From NCBI GenBank assembly GCA_000708835.1, contig DF237121.1, forward strand, positions 97,260-161,259: a DNA stretch of 64,000 nucleotides, read 5' to 3'. A program made the translations under genes and the position numbers. Below the pieces are notes generated by a model, which was not told the origin of the DNA, did not search any database, and saw nothing but the letters and a program-made list of their open reading frames with translations. Positions 35,646-48,884 of the stretch are shown here, piece after piece. Origin of the DNA: Klebsormidium nitens (taxonomy: Eukaryota; Plantae; Klebsormidiophyceae). The first letter of the stretch is position 1. Each line of letters opens with the position of its first letter.

Positions 35646-38600
35646 TCATCCCGATAGATCCTGCCGCTTGAATCGTGCCTCGTCGTAAAAATTGGCCTCG
35701 ATCTGCCGGCCCCCGAACCACCGCTTGTCAAGTGACCGGTGTGCCCTCTGGGCCTCCGAGACCGTTCGGAATAGCACAAATATCTTGACCTGTATGTCGT
35801 CTTTTCGGGCAGAAGCCTGCTCTTGGTAGATAACCACTCGCTCCACTTCACCATGCTTACTGCATTCTTCCGTCACCTGGAATAACGGGGAAAGGTCGAC
35901 TTGTTTGGCAGGGTCAGAGTCGAGAAAGCGCCAACGACAAAGAAGTTCTATGATGACGCCAATCACGCCGCGCCGCCAGGTCATTACCCCTAACGAGCCG
36001 GCAGCGTGAATCAAGAACGGAAGATGGCTGAAGCACCGAGTTACCGCCTACTTAAAATAATTGGCAGAGAGAATACGAGAATTGCGCCCCGAGAACAATC
36101 TCACAAGAAGCTAAACTTCACTTAGACGGCTGCAAGCCTTCTTCGTGCAAGAGAAGATCCCCGCTACAAGAAGGGAAGCCGGGAAACCACAATGGAAAGC
36201 AGAATCGACTTCACCCCTGAATCGAAGCCGCGAGTACCTGCCAACTGAGCTATTGGGCAGGAGTCCTCTCCGGTTTCAGGTGGCGCCATTTACTATCCTG
36301 TTATGGAGGCACTTCTCACAGGTATTGCCGCAAGCTCTTCCAACATTAAAAATGATGACTTAGATACTCGGTCCGGACGTTTTCAGTACGTGTTTGGGAC
36401 TGGAACGATGACAAAGCGGCAAAAGAAACAATGTGAGCAGGTCAACGTTTTTCGGACCTCGCCTCGCCCTTCATTCCGAGTTCACATGCTTGGGCCGACC
36501 ATATTCTGTCCAGTATGAATCAAGTACGTCTAGTTCCCACCTGAATGCAACAATTTTCCTCAAAACTCCTCAAAAACCCCCGCAAACTTTCAGATGAACC
36601 AAAGTCTCTAAGGACCTTCACCTCCGCTCTCCGGGTATGTGTGCACCTCCTCGTTACGAACCATGTTTCTCAGCTTTTAAGCATATCTCTCAAACCCCCG
36701 TGACTCTACATTTCTTTAACCCTAAGATTTTCAGACTCAACTTCCGAATGGCCACTCCTCGCCCTCTAGGTCTGTATCCACCTCTTCCGGGCCGACCAAT
36801 TTTTTCAACGTCACGCAGCGGAGATTGCCCAAAAATCTAGAACCCTAAGCTATCTAACTTTTTCTAGGACCACAGACCGTAAAGCCCTTAGAGCACGTAT
36901 TGTGAAAGCCTCACCTCGCCCTCAAGGTCTGCGTCCACTTCTTCCGGGCCCACCATGTTTTTCAGAAGCACGCATCGGGTGGGTTTGAGACCCGGGACCA
37001 CTGGCGGAGCGATGGGCATGGGGGGCGGCGCAAGGGTGGGCTGGAACGGGGGCTGGAATGGCTGGGGAGACAAGGGGGGGATGTCAAAAAGAGTGTCTGC
37101 TTAACTCGTTCTCGACTCTCACAAGATCCCATGCCCATTCAAGCCGAGCTCAAGCGACTGGACGGAGGTCGGGATGTCGACTGTGTTTTGAATAACAGTC
37201 GTGGCCCTAAAAGACCTCGCCGCGGCCGTCTGAAATAGGGACAACAGGAATCGAGAAATCAACATCCATTGTGCAGTCGCAATCACTATGACCTTCGCCA
37301 CTTGGAACTTTTCCGACAGCTAAACATCACATGACAAAAGCAGAAAACTTCGCGGCTGAAGAATGTAAAACACATGCCGAGCTTCCAACTCGACTAACAA
37401 TGACGATCGTTGTCAACATCAAAAGCGCGTCAAATACCTCCCTCGAATGGGCATTGACACTAGCGCTTTACCTCCATACGAGGTGGCTGGACATCTCACA
37501 AACGCAAAGGAAAAGCGCGAAAGGAGCAAGCAGCTTATGAGTGGGGAAGATGCGCTCACAATACTAACCCGGACGTTGTAGGACCGGCCCTACTAAGGGA
37601 CCAATCAGCCGAGGCCCCCTTCTGGCGGTCGCTCGAAAAGCACTTGACTGCAGGTTCGTAGCGACCGCCAAAGCGGGGCCTTGGCTAATCGGTCGCCCAG
37701 TAGGATCGGTCCTACAACACCTTGTCTACGGAAACAGCGAGAGGTTCTAGGCCCTTACGTTAGGAGAAAAGGTAACCGGGGGTAGCACCGCGGGCATGGG
37801 CGGCATCCCAAACGGCATGTTGGGAAGGTTGGGATTCGGCAACGGGGGCGGCGTCGGAAGACCGGCGTTGGCCGCAGCCCAGCCCACCTGTTGACACGTG
37901 GCAAAACGCGTGATAAAAGATCTGACGTGGTTATGTGTAAAGATGGTAGGAGTCGAAACCAGAAACTTGCCGGAGTCCTTGGACTAGGGAACGCTGAAGA
38001 CAGCGATGAGCAGAACGGGTCAGGGCTTCATAGATAACAACGGCAGCTTGTGTGAAACGTGGCCCAGAAGAAGGTTGATTTGTCGCCCCCAGGTCTGGGC
38101 ATTGGAACAGGGCGCTTTTGGATGAGCCTTGCAAAGACTCTTGAATAACCTTGGGTTATGAGATGGTCATCCAGTGGAGCAAGGAAGAAAGATGAAGAGG
38201 AGAGGAGCACGGTCTTGCGACATCATTCTTCAGAATTCTCAAGGATTGAACAGATGATAAAAGCGCCATGATAAAAGCCAGTGTGGTTGTAAACCTTAAG
38301 GGACGTTCTTCCACTTGAAGACAAGCGCTGTCGCAAGCGCGCAATGGTCGTCAATCTGCGTTCGAGAACCTTCTTCCGTATTTGGCACAGAACCGACTGA
38401 CGCGGAAAGAAGTTTGTAAAAGCGCACCTTTAGTTGTCGGCCACCCAAATCGAAGCCGTTCATACTATCGATGGCCGCCTTCGCTGCTTCCGGCTGTTCG
38501 AATCTGCACGAGGGAGAGCACGTGATATCACTATAGAGGCAGTGGTTGCTTTCTGCGACTCTTGAAACCGTACACGTGCCCTGAGATCTCTGCTCGATAG

Positions 38601-41600
38601 CACCAAGCGGTTGTTAGTGTGTTGAAAGTGCGTCTTTCTCAGTCGCTTGAAGCAACCCGGGGCTCGCAGATCCCCTTAATGCGGATGCATCAACCGCCAA
38701 TCAGACTTTTAACACATGGCAAGTGAGACACGCTGCTGACCATAGCATGCAGCAATCGCAGATAAGAGTTGCAAAGAAAAAGCAGCAAGAATGGGATGAA
38801 TCGTATCAACGACTCACTCAATGAAGCCGTAGCCCTTGTGTTTGCCCGTCTCAGGGTTTGGGATAAGATTGCAAGACTGCACAGCAAGGAGACACTCGTT
38901 ACGGGACTCTTCCAAAATGAATTTAAACTGTTCAGAGGGGGTTATTGTGGGGCGAGTTGCTCCACTTCTTGGTCAAGCGCGTCCTGCTCATATGCCTATC
39001 CTACACAATCTGGTGATTCATCGCTGTATGAAGTCAACCTGTGTATATGCTCAAGGGGAAGGTTCTGCCCTAATTCGGTTATTTTCAATTATCTTACCAA
39101 GCGGTCAGCTTTGAGAAGAGCCGTAATTGGCAAATCGACGACACTACGCAGCTCATAAGAAGGAGCACGAAGATAGAAACGATGACCTCGACAAATTGTC
39201 TAAGGAAACTGATCGTTCTTCTGATCAGATTTTTCTTAGCTGGCAGTAAGTACCGTTCTGTCCGTGGGATGCGTATCAAGGGTGTCGCAGACAATCTGCC
39301 ACCTCCCTGCCTTCTGGAGGACTTTTTCAAAGCATGAGGGGAAGTTCCAAACGGCGGGGAAAGCCTACCTTGACTTGCCCAAATGCTTGGAAGACTGCCT
39401 TGATGTCTTCCTCGCTGATCTCGTAGTAGATCGAGCCCACGTATATTCTGCAGCCAAAGGGAGACGGTGAAGCAAAACAAAGGTGGTGGCAACTTGTGAA
39501 AGTGTTGATAACTCGCAGCATCTCGTCTTTGAGCCAGCTCCAAATCCTACCGTCGACTCAGACCCTCGACTGCTTCGATTGAGAGCTAAGACAATCAAGC
39601 CCGTTTGGTGCGGTCACAGCAGGCCGCTTCTTACGACGGGCGGCCGAAGCTCCCAGGCTGAAATAGCTTTGGCCCTCTTTCAACTGCCAGCACTACGCTG
39701 GAGGTATCTCAACAACGGCTCACGTCGTGATAACTAGTGACAGCTATCTGTTTCCCCAAATTCCACCGTTCCAATTCCTTTGCCACCATCATCGAAGGTC
39801 AACAAACGGATTCTGGAGGACGTATGAACTCAAGAAGGACACATCAAGTCGGAAAAGCGTGTCGATTTGGCAACTTAGGTGGGGTGGAAAGCAGAAAAGA
39901 GTGACAAAAGAGTGGCAAAGTAGGATACGTTACCTAGCGTCAGGCCGACTCGGATTCAGCAGCGCCTGGATCGCCGCCGGATTCGGCGGCGGAAGGAGAC
40001 CCTGGGCAACCAGGTGCGGGTTTTCAAGCGCTTGCTGCTGCTGCGCGATCAGAAGCTGCGCCTGCTGCTGCTGACGCAACGACAGCTGGGCGGATATGGC
40101 CTGCAGGACCGGATAGCAATGTCAATATTTGCGGCATGGTTCTACGCGCATGGTTACTCAGACGACTTTCTCAAAAGCGACTGCGTTGAGTGATCAAGAT
40201 CTGCGCCTGCTGATACAGTGGCAGTTGGGCGGGTATGGCCTAGATAGAAGGGATGGCGTGTGCAATATTAGTCGGTACCATTATTGGGCAACATTCATAT
40301 GTGTCCTTACAAGTTTCTTGAAAGCACTTGCGCTGCACGATCAAGGGCAGCGGCTGTGCCTGCGATTCGGGCGCCAGGTCACTAAGCGGAAAGTGGAGTC
40401 AAAAAAAGGGGCGGTGTCGACGTCAGGCACTTAGCGCCCAAGACGTGCTCAAAGAAATCAGCTTAACATTGCTGACACAGCGCCAGTCGGGCCGAATTGG
40501 TCTGACAGTCAGTTAACTCTCCGTTGCTTCAGAGGCCACTCCAAGAGACTCAAGGCAACCGAGACCCTGATTGCATGTCGACTGAGAAAAGGTCTTACTT
40601 GGGCCTGCTGCTGCGCCTGCTTGAATGCGGCTTGTGCTTGGGGCGTGGGAGGGGTGGCTGCACGGGGTGAAGAAATGAGGTTAGTGAAGAAAAGGTTAAC
40701 CCATTTCGATTTACTGCTCATGGACGAGGGGTGGTTAATCACCGTCATTGACTTTGATACCAGATGAATGCGCAGAGAGAATATTAAAAAGGCCGATGCA
40801 GCAGTGAGAACAACACGTCGAACGTTGGGAACTGTTTGCAGTAAGTGGGATGCACAAAGGACAAAGTGAGAGTTCAGTGCTCACTCGAAACAACGATGCC
40901 CCCTGGCATGCCAGCAATGTTGTGCGGACGTCCGACCTTCAACTTCCTGCAGTCGGGACAACAAAACACGATCGGTCTCTTCAAAACCTTGCTGCATCTA
41001 ACACAACATCCCATGTGAGCGTCATGTGTACAAGCCAAAGCAGATTCGAAAGAAACCGCATGTCACTGAAGTTATGCAAGCCATGAGTTACCGCAAATAT
41101 GCAGCACACATAGAGATCGTTCTGGACGGACAAGCTGCCCCTTACTCTGGGCTTGAGCTTTTCTGTGGCGCTGGCTTTGCCCGTAATCTCTTGCAGTGTG
41201 TCTAAACGGAACAGAAAAGAGAAAGAGAGAGAAGAAGGAGAAGAGAGGGAGAAAAGGAGAAAGAGAGAGGGTCAATCGTGGGTGGCATAAAGCAGAGATA
41301 TACATAGGTCCTGGAGAGCTGTAGAAGCCTACCAAGCAGAGACGTGCTTATCTTGTCAAGTCACAAGATCAAAGGAACAGCCGCTGCATGACCTTGACCC
41401 AGACGTGACTAACTTATGGCATTTGCAGCTAGCTTCCTCGCCTGACTTCATGTTCCAAGTGGATTCCGAGGACGGCTTTGAGTTCCCGGTCCTGTCTTCA
41501 ATTGGTCACACAGTTCTCTAGGTTGCTTCATACTGGTAGAGCCTCCTTACAGCACTCATTGTCTCTGCCTTTTGCAAGCAGACAGCCATCCAACCTTGAG

Positions 41601-44600
41601 GCTCCTTTCGAACTTCGTTTTGAAATCTCCTGCATCGGTCTGGTCTTGAGGGTCTGGTCCTGGAGTAGCTTAGAATCGACGTGTAAGCTCTGACGTGTTT
41701 ACCGAGTGTACTTCGAAAGAAGGATTTACACAAAGCCCCAGCAGCAACTAGAGTCGGGAACCCACCTGCCCGCCAGCACGAACTCGTTCATGGTGTTGAG
41801 CGCGTTTTCTGCCGCCTCGGAGCTGTGGAACTCGATGAAGCAGAAACCCTTGTGCTTGGCAGTAGCAGCGTCCTACACACAAGAGCCACTGCATAATTGA
41901 TTCGCGCTTTGTCTCACCAAACTGCGATCTGCGAACAGAAGGTCACGCACTTTTGTAGTGTCCTTCAACGTCTGGACCTCGACTAGCTACCACTTTCGGT
42001 TCATAAAACGTGATCCTTCGTCCACCAACTTTGACGTTCAGGGGAAAAATATATGCCTCCGATCCTAAGTTCATATCAAGCAAGCCCTCCCAGTAGAAGA
42101 CGTTTTCAGAGGGCCCAGTACGTCAATAGATTGCTTCATACCGTTTGCTAAAACAGCTCTGAAGGATCGATGTCCAGTTGGAAGATTTCAGAACGTTGAA
42201 ATCAAGTGAGGCGCTGCATTCTTTCAAACGAATGAAGCCCCACTAAAAACCTCAACACTCAAAGTATGCGCTCTGGGCGACTGGTCTTGAGCTCGACGAC
42301 CTGCCTTGCACAATAGCGTCACAGGCAGGCCTCCAAGTTAGCCTCAAGCGATTCATATCCCCAGGAGATTTTAAGACTGTCAAAATCGAAACTTACTCTT
42401 GGCATATCAATCTTGTGAATCGAACCTGCATGAGCAGAAACTTGCTCGCATTAGACCACGGGCTGTCAGAAAGCCAAAGAAAATAACAGTTTGGAATCCA
42501 TTGGACTCACTTTTGGCATCTCTATCTTGGCTATCGACCCTGCAGGGAGACACAGAGGGATTTGAGCGACCAGCAACCAGGAATGGGTGATAGGACTACG
42601 AACCAAACCAATGCCCTTGGAACCAACGGCTCAGCCCTGTCAAAGGGTCCCGCTATCTGAATCCTTGCGATTGTTAACAAGTATGAACGAAGCAAGATTG
42701 GTGTCTTCCAGTGTCAAGCTCCGAGATGGATCACATTCTCATGTCATCTCCCTTGATCAGTCCAACCTTTTCTCTCAACACCGTTGACAACAAATGTGTA
42801 CTGGTCACACAAGACTACGACTTGACTTCGCTTGACTTCGCATTGACCTAGATCACTCGGAGCTCTCTGGTCGATGGTTAGAGGAGCACCAATGGTGAAG
42901 CGCCATCGATCTTTTTGAGTTGACAAGGCATAGTTTTGCTGAGACCCGTAAGGACCTAACATGCAACAAGTAAGCCATACGATGCCTTCAGCATAGCACG
43001 CGCTCGCCAACCTAGCCAGAGCTTTCGTCCTACGCCATTGGTATGCTGCTCCTCCATTCCGGAGAAGCTCAGGTAAAACCAGATGAAGTCGTGTATTGCA
43101 GAACCAGATTTGATTGAACAGACTGAACAGAAGGTATTCAACTTTAGCGATATAAACGTCGCTACCTTGCGATGTGCAGAATGTAGTTTGACTATTCCCA
43201 AATTTGAGCGAAGCTCAGGATCAACACTAACTTACCAAAGGCAGAGAAAGCGAGAATGATGTCAGACTCATTGAGCTCGTAGTAGATGCTTCCAACATAG
43301 ATGCGGCATGCTGCACCAGAAAGGAGACTGTGTAAGTCACATGAATTGTGAGTGCAGGCTTGCATAGGAGAAAGATTGCCAGAGTGACAGCTTGACCACA
43401 GCCTCAGAAGTGTAACTAGACGCCAACGATATCTCTGCTGACAACAACATCTGCTGCTCGCTTGCTTGAAACAGCTTTGACCCAATCTCCTGGTTTCCCA
43501 TGTTTCGTGCCCGGCTGTCCTGACCACATGTGAACTGATCTAATGAAGCGCAAGGCTGAGGGCTGACCATCTTTCGGGGGTGCCTGGGCCGCCGTTGCTT
43601 TGGCTGCAGCGGTCGCTTGGGCCGCTCTCTGCTTCGCGATAAGCTGAGCCTGCACGATGGATCAAAGCACAAGGCAATCAATCAACATTCATCAAGGAAT
43701 CATCGACCTGATTCTTCAGCTTCCTAGCTAAAACCTGGTACACGATAGGGGAAGCAAGTATGGAATATGATACTACTGATTTGCATACCGTAGCACGATG
43801 TATCCAGAGGTACTCTTAACTGCTTGCGACTACAATGATGTCGGCAGCCTATGATGCCCTTCGCATGAATTTCCGCACAAAGTAATTTCTTGAGAATCAT
43901 CCTGATTGAGGTAGTTGTAAATAGAGTGTTAAGCTGGCCAATGGCATGGGTACGACCTTATGAGGTAGAGGCCATACATGCCTCAAAAAAGGGCTTGACA
44001 TCTGCCTTTATTGAATAGTGTCCTCTTCTAGCAATGAAGAAAGAGGATCAGATCTGTGAAGAGAAGGGGTGCGAAAAGGCTCCACAAAGAGCTGACAAAG
44101 ACACGACAAGAGCACTGTACACCAATAGAGTGGTACCAAAGCTTGATCCACATGAGGGAAGTTTAAGCAGTCGCACACCTGATGCAGATTCACAGACTCT
44201 GATCGCACTTGGAAGAGGACTGAGGCTACGCAAAGCAAGGAAAAGGCAGGATTCTGGACCTGGCGGACGCCTTCCTCGAGCTCGTCGTCCACCGTTTTTG
44301 GACGCTGAGAGGTCCTCGCATCTTTGGGAGGGTCTGCGCAATCCGAGAAAAGTTTTCAAACTTAGACTGTTACAGTTGTTGAATGGTGAGGAGCAATCAA
44401 GAACTGCCTGCGATCAGATTCTATTCGCCGAAAGCCCTTCTCGATCGGTCGGCTTCCCCAACAAGTAAGCTCGTGCACTCAAAAAATACATTCATTGTGA
44501 AGTATATAAGATAGAATCCACTGAGCACGACCTCATTCACACGAATTTGCCCCTGACAAATGTTGGCGGTCCCCTCCTGAGCAGCCTTACAATTGCAGTC

Positions 44601-45132
44601 GAGGTTGTTACAGACTTTTCCTGTTACTGGAATCTTGCTGTCCACTCACGCAGCTCAAGTTCTTCGGATGGACTTCTTGTATCTGTTCATGAAGCAAATC
44701 TATCGTTTTTGATCCGAAAAATGTATCGAGTCCTCAATGCAGTCTCTCAGAGTTGTTGACAAAGCAATCAATGTTTCCAGGCATTCTCACGAGATAAAAT
44801 GCAAAAGGTGAAAATGACAAAAGAATGAGAAGCTCAAAGTAAGACGCCTGCTCATTGAACTTCACCAATTCTGAGCTGCACCTCCACAACGAGTCTGGAT
44901 GCTGGATCTTCTAAGATAAACACCTCGCTCGAGCATTACTGAATGCTATCCTGGCTGTAACAACCAACACCAAGCAACATTGCGCAATATCCATTTCTGT
45001 ACTCAATAATCAGCAGGAAAGGGAATCACCTTGAGGGGCTGGATCGTCCCAGCCACTTTTCCTCTTCCTCTCTCTCCGCCTCTCACTTTCAGAAACCCTC
45101 GAGTCACTGCCCCTCCTCTCGTCCTGCGCCAT
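35646..45132 (-). CDS. PUF60: Poly(U)-binding splicing factor PUF60/half-pint (RRM-RRM-UHM)
   Basis: Phase-consistent exons: 45132-45030, 44333-44260, 43649-43568, 43310-43236, 42425-42397 (29 nt), 41872-41766, 40946-40885, 40657-40599, 40100-39934, 39447-39369, 38876-38818, 38503-38428, 37887-37759, 37061 (or 37040)-36915, 35876-35646. CRIYVGSIYYEL, KHKGFCFIEF, RIYVGSIYYEI, GKHKGYGFIEF, and C-terminal UHM (VLLKNMV...EVTEECSKHG...VKIFVLF...LDKRWFGGR). The start codon is inferred. Confidence 0.93.
36452..36822 (-). repeat. Three echoes of the PUF60 penultimate exon end
   Basis: Copies at about 36750-36822, 36612-36675 and 36452-36513 of the sequence at 36909-36980, spaced about 150 nt apart. 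An acceptor echo of exon 40100 lies at 40190-40250. Confidence 0.8.
37575..37718. mobile_element. 144-bp foldback element/hairpin in a PUF60 intron
   Basis: Arms of about 60 nt: GTTGTAGGACCGGCCCTACT...GGCGGTCGCT pairs with AGCGACCGCC...AGTAGGATCGGTCCTACAAC around a loop of about 20 nt. No clear TSD. Confidence 0.7.
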
Positions 45133-46080
45133 TGGCCTTGCTCCCTGGAACAAAGATGCGCCACCTGATGTTGCAAAGAAAGCTTCTCAAACAAATGCCA
45201 ATGGCGCCAATGTCAACAGTGTTGTCCAGATTGGGTCTTGCTCCTCAGAACGCCAGCTGCTCCCAGCGCTGCAGATTTCAGATCCAGCGCTACCCAGACG
45301 GCCTATATCGCTTAACCTGACCAGATTTGTTGAAACTTACGAGCCTGCTTGACTGCCCTCTCGGCCCGTCCAGGCTCTCGTAGGCTCGATCATATTTTTG
45401 GAATTGCACAATGCGCTGTGTCGTATCGGCCTTGTTAGGGCACGTATACGACTTAGAGAAACCTGCATTTATGGACTTCTGATGGACTTCTGATGCAAGC
45501 TGCACTTCCTCATCCTGTTTCATGCACTGTCTGCTTGTTTTGCTAGTGTCTTGATGGTGAGGAGAAGGCGCTCCATTGCCATTGGCGTTAGCATGAGAAG
45601 CTGAGAATAGTGGACCAGGAAGTGTGAGGTAGTCATTGCTGACCAGAGAAGAGGATTTTGCTCCTAAGTTCTTGCATTCTCAAAGAATTCAGAGCGTCCC
45701 CATCAAGCTGTGAATGTATTGCAGGCCTTTTGAGACAGCTCCACAGTTGAGCAAGCCACATGTTTCCTAGACGGCAGTCATTGAGCATCAGTGCTGGAAA
45801 TTAAGAACAACCGGGCAGAATACTCAGTCGGAGCCCTGTGCTGCAAACAGAAGACAGCTAAAAAGTCAGCAGCAGAAAGGATAATTCAGCAACACAGGAA
45901 AGAAGATAACTTGAGTCTTGGACTCAACAAGTCCAAGAATAACCAATCGTGAGAAAGTCGAAAGCAAAAGCCAACAACGCCTTCAATCGTCTTAAGTCAC
46001 ACCTGCGAATTACAGAGACCACATAGTAAATCGCATATAGAAAAGTACCTTACAGTGTTCTTTTTCAGAGGGGTGAGACC

Positions 46081-47641
46081 ATGAGCGGCACAGCAAAGAC
46101 GCCTGCGGACTTTCTGAAGGCCATCAGGGGACGGCCGGTGGTGGTGAAGCTCAACTCTGGCGTCGATTACCGAGGTACGCCCTGCATTTTTCCGAAGATC
46201 TTGCATTTTGAGCTGCGCTGGCTTGACAAGGAGATGTTTCTGGTGCACAGCAGTTCGCGTCGGTTTGACTGGCTTCTTGCAGACTGAAAGAATGCGGCTG
46301 CTAAAAGCCCATGATTTGCATCAAGGTCCTGCAAAAGTGCCTACTGTTAGAGAGCTTGTGAAGAAACGTATCAAGCTTTACAGAATCATTCATTTCTGGA
46401 AGGAGATGAAAGCCCCGGATTGACATACCACCACCGAGATTGAAACACGTCAGGATTCCCCTTTGAACGTGCTGAACAGGATATTTTGTTCAGTTGAAAA
46501 GTTGAAAAGGGGTCAATAGTCTTCCCTTCAGGAGTGGAGGTGGTTGACGTTCTGACTAGTTGACCATCAATTGCCTGGCAGAATGAAACACGTTTAGTCA
46601 GTGTTCAGCTCCCTGTCTGGCTTCATCAAATTAGAACTCGAAAGCCGGAAGTCTGTGGAAGGCCCGAGTGCCAACCGGGTTTTCCCCAGACTCCCCCCAT
46701 ACTAAAGAAGCGTTTGCTGCAAAGGGGAGTAACGCTGCAAACTATACAGCGCCATGCACTCGTTTTCCATGGCCGCAGGGGCTCTGCCAGAGCTGCGGCA
46801 ACAGTGGTCAAGAAGGAGAGTCTTCTTTTGGTTCCCTCTGTGGACATGCATCTTTTCCACGCATATGCGTTCTGAGGCGATTCTAAATGGCCCTGCTCCC
46901 GCAGTCGTCTTCTTTCAGCCAGTGGCCTTCCTAGGGGGCACATGCAAGCATTTTCATGTTTGCATTCGCAGGGGTTCTGGCGTGCCTTGACGGGTACATG
47001 AACATCGCAATGGAGCAAACGGAAGAGTATGTGAACGGCCAGTTGAAAAACAAGTACGGGGACTGTTTCATCCGAGGGAACAATGGTGAGCCTATCTAAC
47101 GATCCCAACATTATAGGTGGTTGAGCAGAGGCCGCTGGATGTCGGAGACATATGTGATTCTGGAGAATTCTGGAGAGCTTGTAGCCCTTGGCGTGATTGC
47201 GGATGGCCACCACATCCTTGTGGTGACCAGTCACGGTTTTTTGATGCAATTACCGACCCTTTGAATGCTGAGTGGAGCTGTGCTAAGAATCATGTCAGTA
47301 TTCTGCCTAATTTTGTGTTAAAAAGAAAGACTTCTTTTACCAACTTTTATGCTCCGTAGTTTCATTTTCGAACACTTGTCAAGTTGGCTCCCTGAACAGG
47401 TCGTGACAAGGTCGAAACTCGATGGCTAAGCTCAGCCAGAAAGCCCTGTTCAAAGCTCTGCGGAAGAGGAGGCTGCCTCACAACTCATTTGACAACGGCC
47501 ATATTCGCAGACCGCTCACATTCTGCATTTGAAGTGTGCACGCTTCATTTCTGCTATAGATGAAACACATCCAGGACTCGACTCTGACGTACTTCTCTTT
47601 TGGCTGCAGTTCTATACATTAGCACGCAAAAAAGTCAATGA
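46081..47641 (+). CDS. LSM6: U6 snRNA-associated Sm-like protein LSm6
   Basis: Exons 46081-46174, 46972-47085, 47610-47641 give MSGTAKTPADFLKAIRGRPVVVKLNSGVDYRGVLACLDGYMNIAMEQTEEYVNGQLKNKYGDCFIRGNNVLYISTQKSQ*. Confidence 0.97.
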
Positions 47642-48884
47642 CATTGGGCCAAACGTGCGTTTGAAGAAGGATTTGGCGGCCTGAAGGTCATACTTGCACG
47701 TATGCGGTCAGCTGAAAACCCTCCTAGGCTCCAATTGCTTTTAGAGTGGATTTTGTGTACTCGGTCAAATCAGGGAACACATGATACGACTGCTCCAAAG
47801 GGTAGCCAACGGAGCCAAAATGCGAACATTGATGTAGTCCGGCTTTTGGCGTTGACATGTAAAGCTGGCCGAGCCAAACCTGTTTAAACAGTGCTAGAGA
47901 CTTTCAAGTTTGTCCCGGACCAACCCTGAGGGGGCTAACTCACTGGCACGTGCAACTAATCAACTCAGGCCCAGGAAATTATAATGAATAAGTTAGCTGG
48001 CTTGAGCGGCCTGCCCCGGCCTTCTTCTTGAAGCACGCGTTGATTACCTAATTGCCTTTCATCAGCCATGCATGATCCGCGTGCTGCATAGATGATCCAT
48101 GATTGCTTTGATAACGATGTCGGAGCTTGGCAACCATCAATTTTCAAGATTCAATATATAGACGGCCCGGCGACGGCTGTCATGTCGTCGGGACTCGAAC
48201 TGAATTAGCCTGCATATAACCGGCGACCGTCATCGATCTGGCCATATGATGTGCATGCCGACAATGATTATCGTGCCACATATATACAGCTTACCGTCCA
48301 TGCATGACGGTTAAATCATATAGCGGCGGCTTGGATCCATTGCATGAACATACGTGTACCAAGGCTAGCTTAGTGCATGAATTGATCAAAGGCCCGCCGC
48401 CGCCTCGATTGTACGCCGGTATCCTGCGAGCGCACTGATGCTCATGCACTCGTCGCAATTGTTCGATCTCAGTGGCTCGGGACAGTTGATTAGTATCATC
48501 TAGTATATGACGCGGAATTAAACATTCCAGGTTGCAATTTGATGACTTTTTGACCTGCGCAGCTAGCGGCACCCGCTCGGGCCCAGGTCCGACCAAGACT
48601 CGGACTCATGACTACTTAAAGCCCGTCGATTGGAAAAGACGTCTTCCACGGACTAGATATAGATGGAGGGAACTTAGCTTTCTCGAGAGCTAGAGTAGAT
48701 GTGTTCTTGCTCCGAAAATCCTCTTGATCTTCAAACGTCGAGCTCATCATGCCCTTCTTGATTTGGTCGACAGAGGAGAGGTCTCAGCCGGTGGCCCCAA
48801 GATCGACGGCAATCCTACCCTTTAGGAACGTCGCATCTGCTCGTTTCAAGCGCCGACTTGCAGTATCGAAGGTGCTGCTTCGGG

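Noticed and set aside
41580-41610. RSLKVGW segment as the exon following RRM1 in PUF60
   Set aside because: No good polypyrimidine tract or compatible donor, and it runs into a stop; exon 40946-40885 (RKLKVGRP) fits both phases.
47900-48700. CATG/TATA-rich intergenic tract (similar tracts at about 34-35.5 kb and 16.6-19.5 kb) as an RNA gene or element
   Set aside because: Distinct composition, but no termini, repeats, tRNA-like fold or ORF that I can support.
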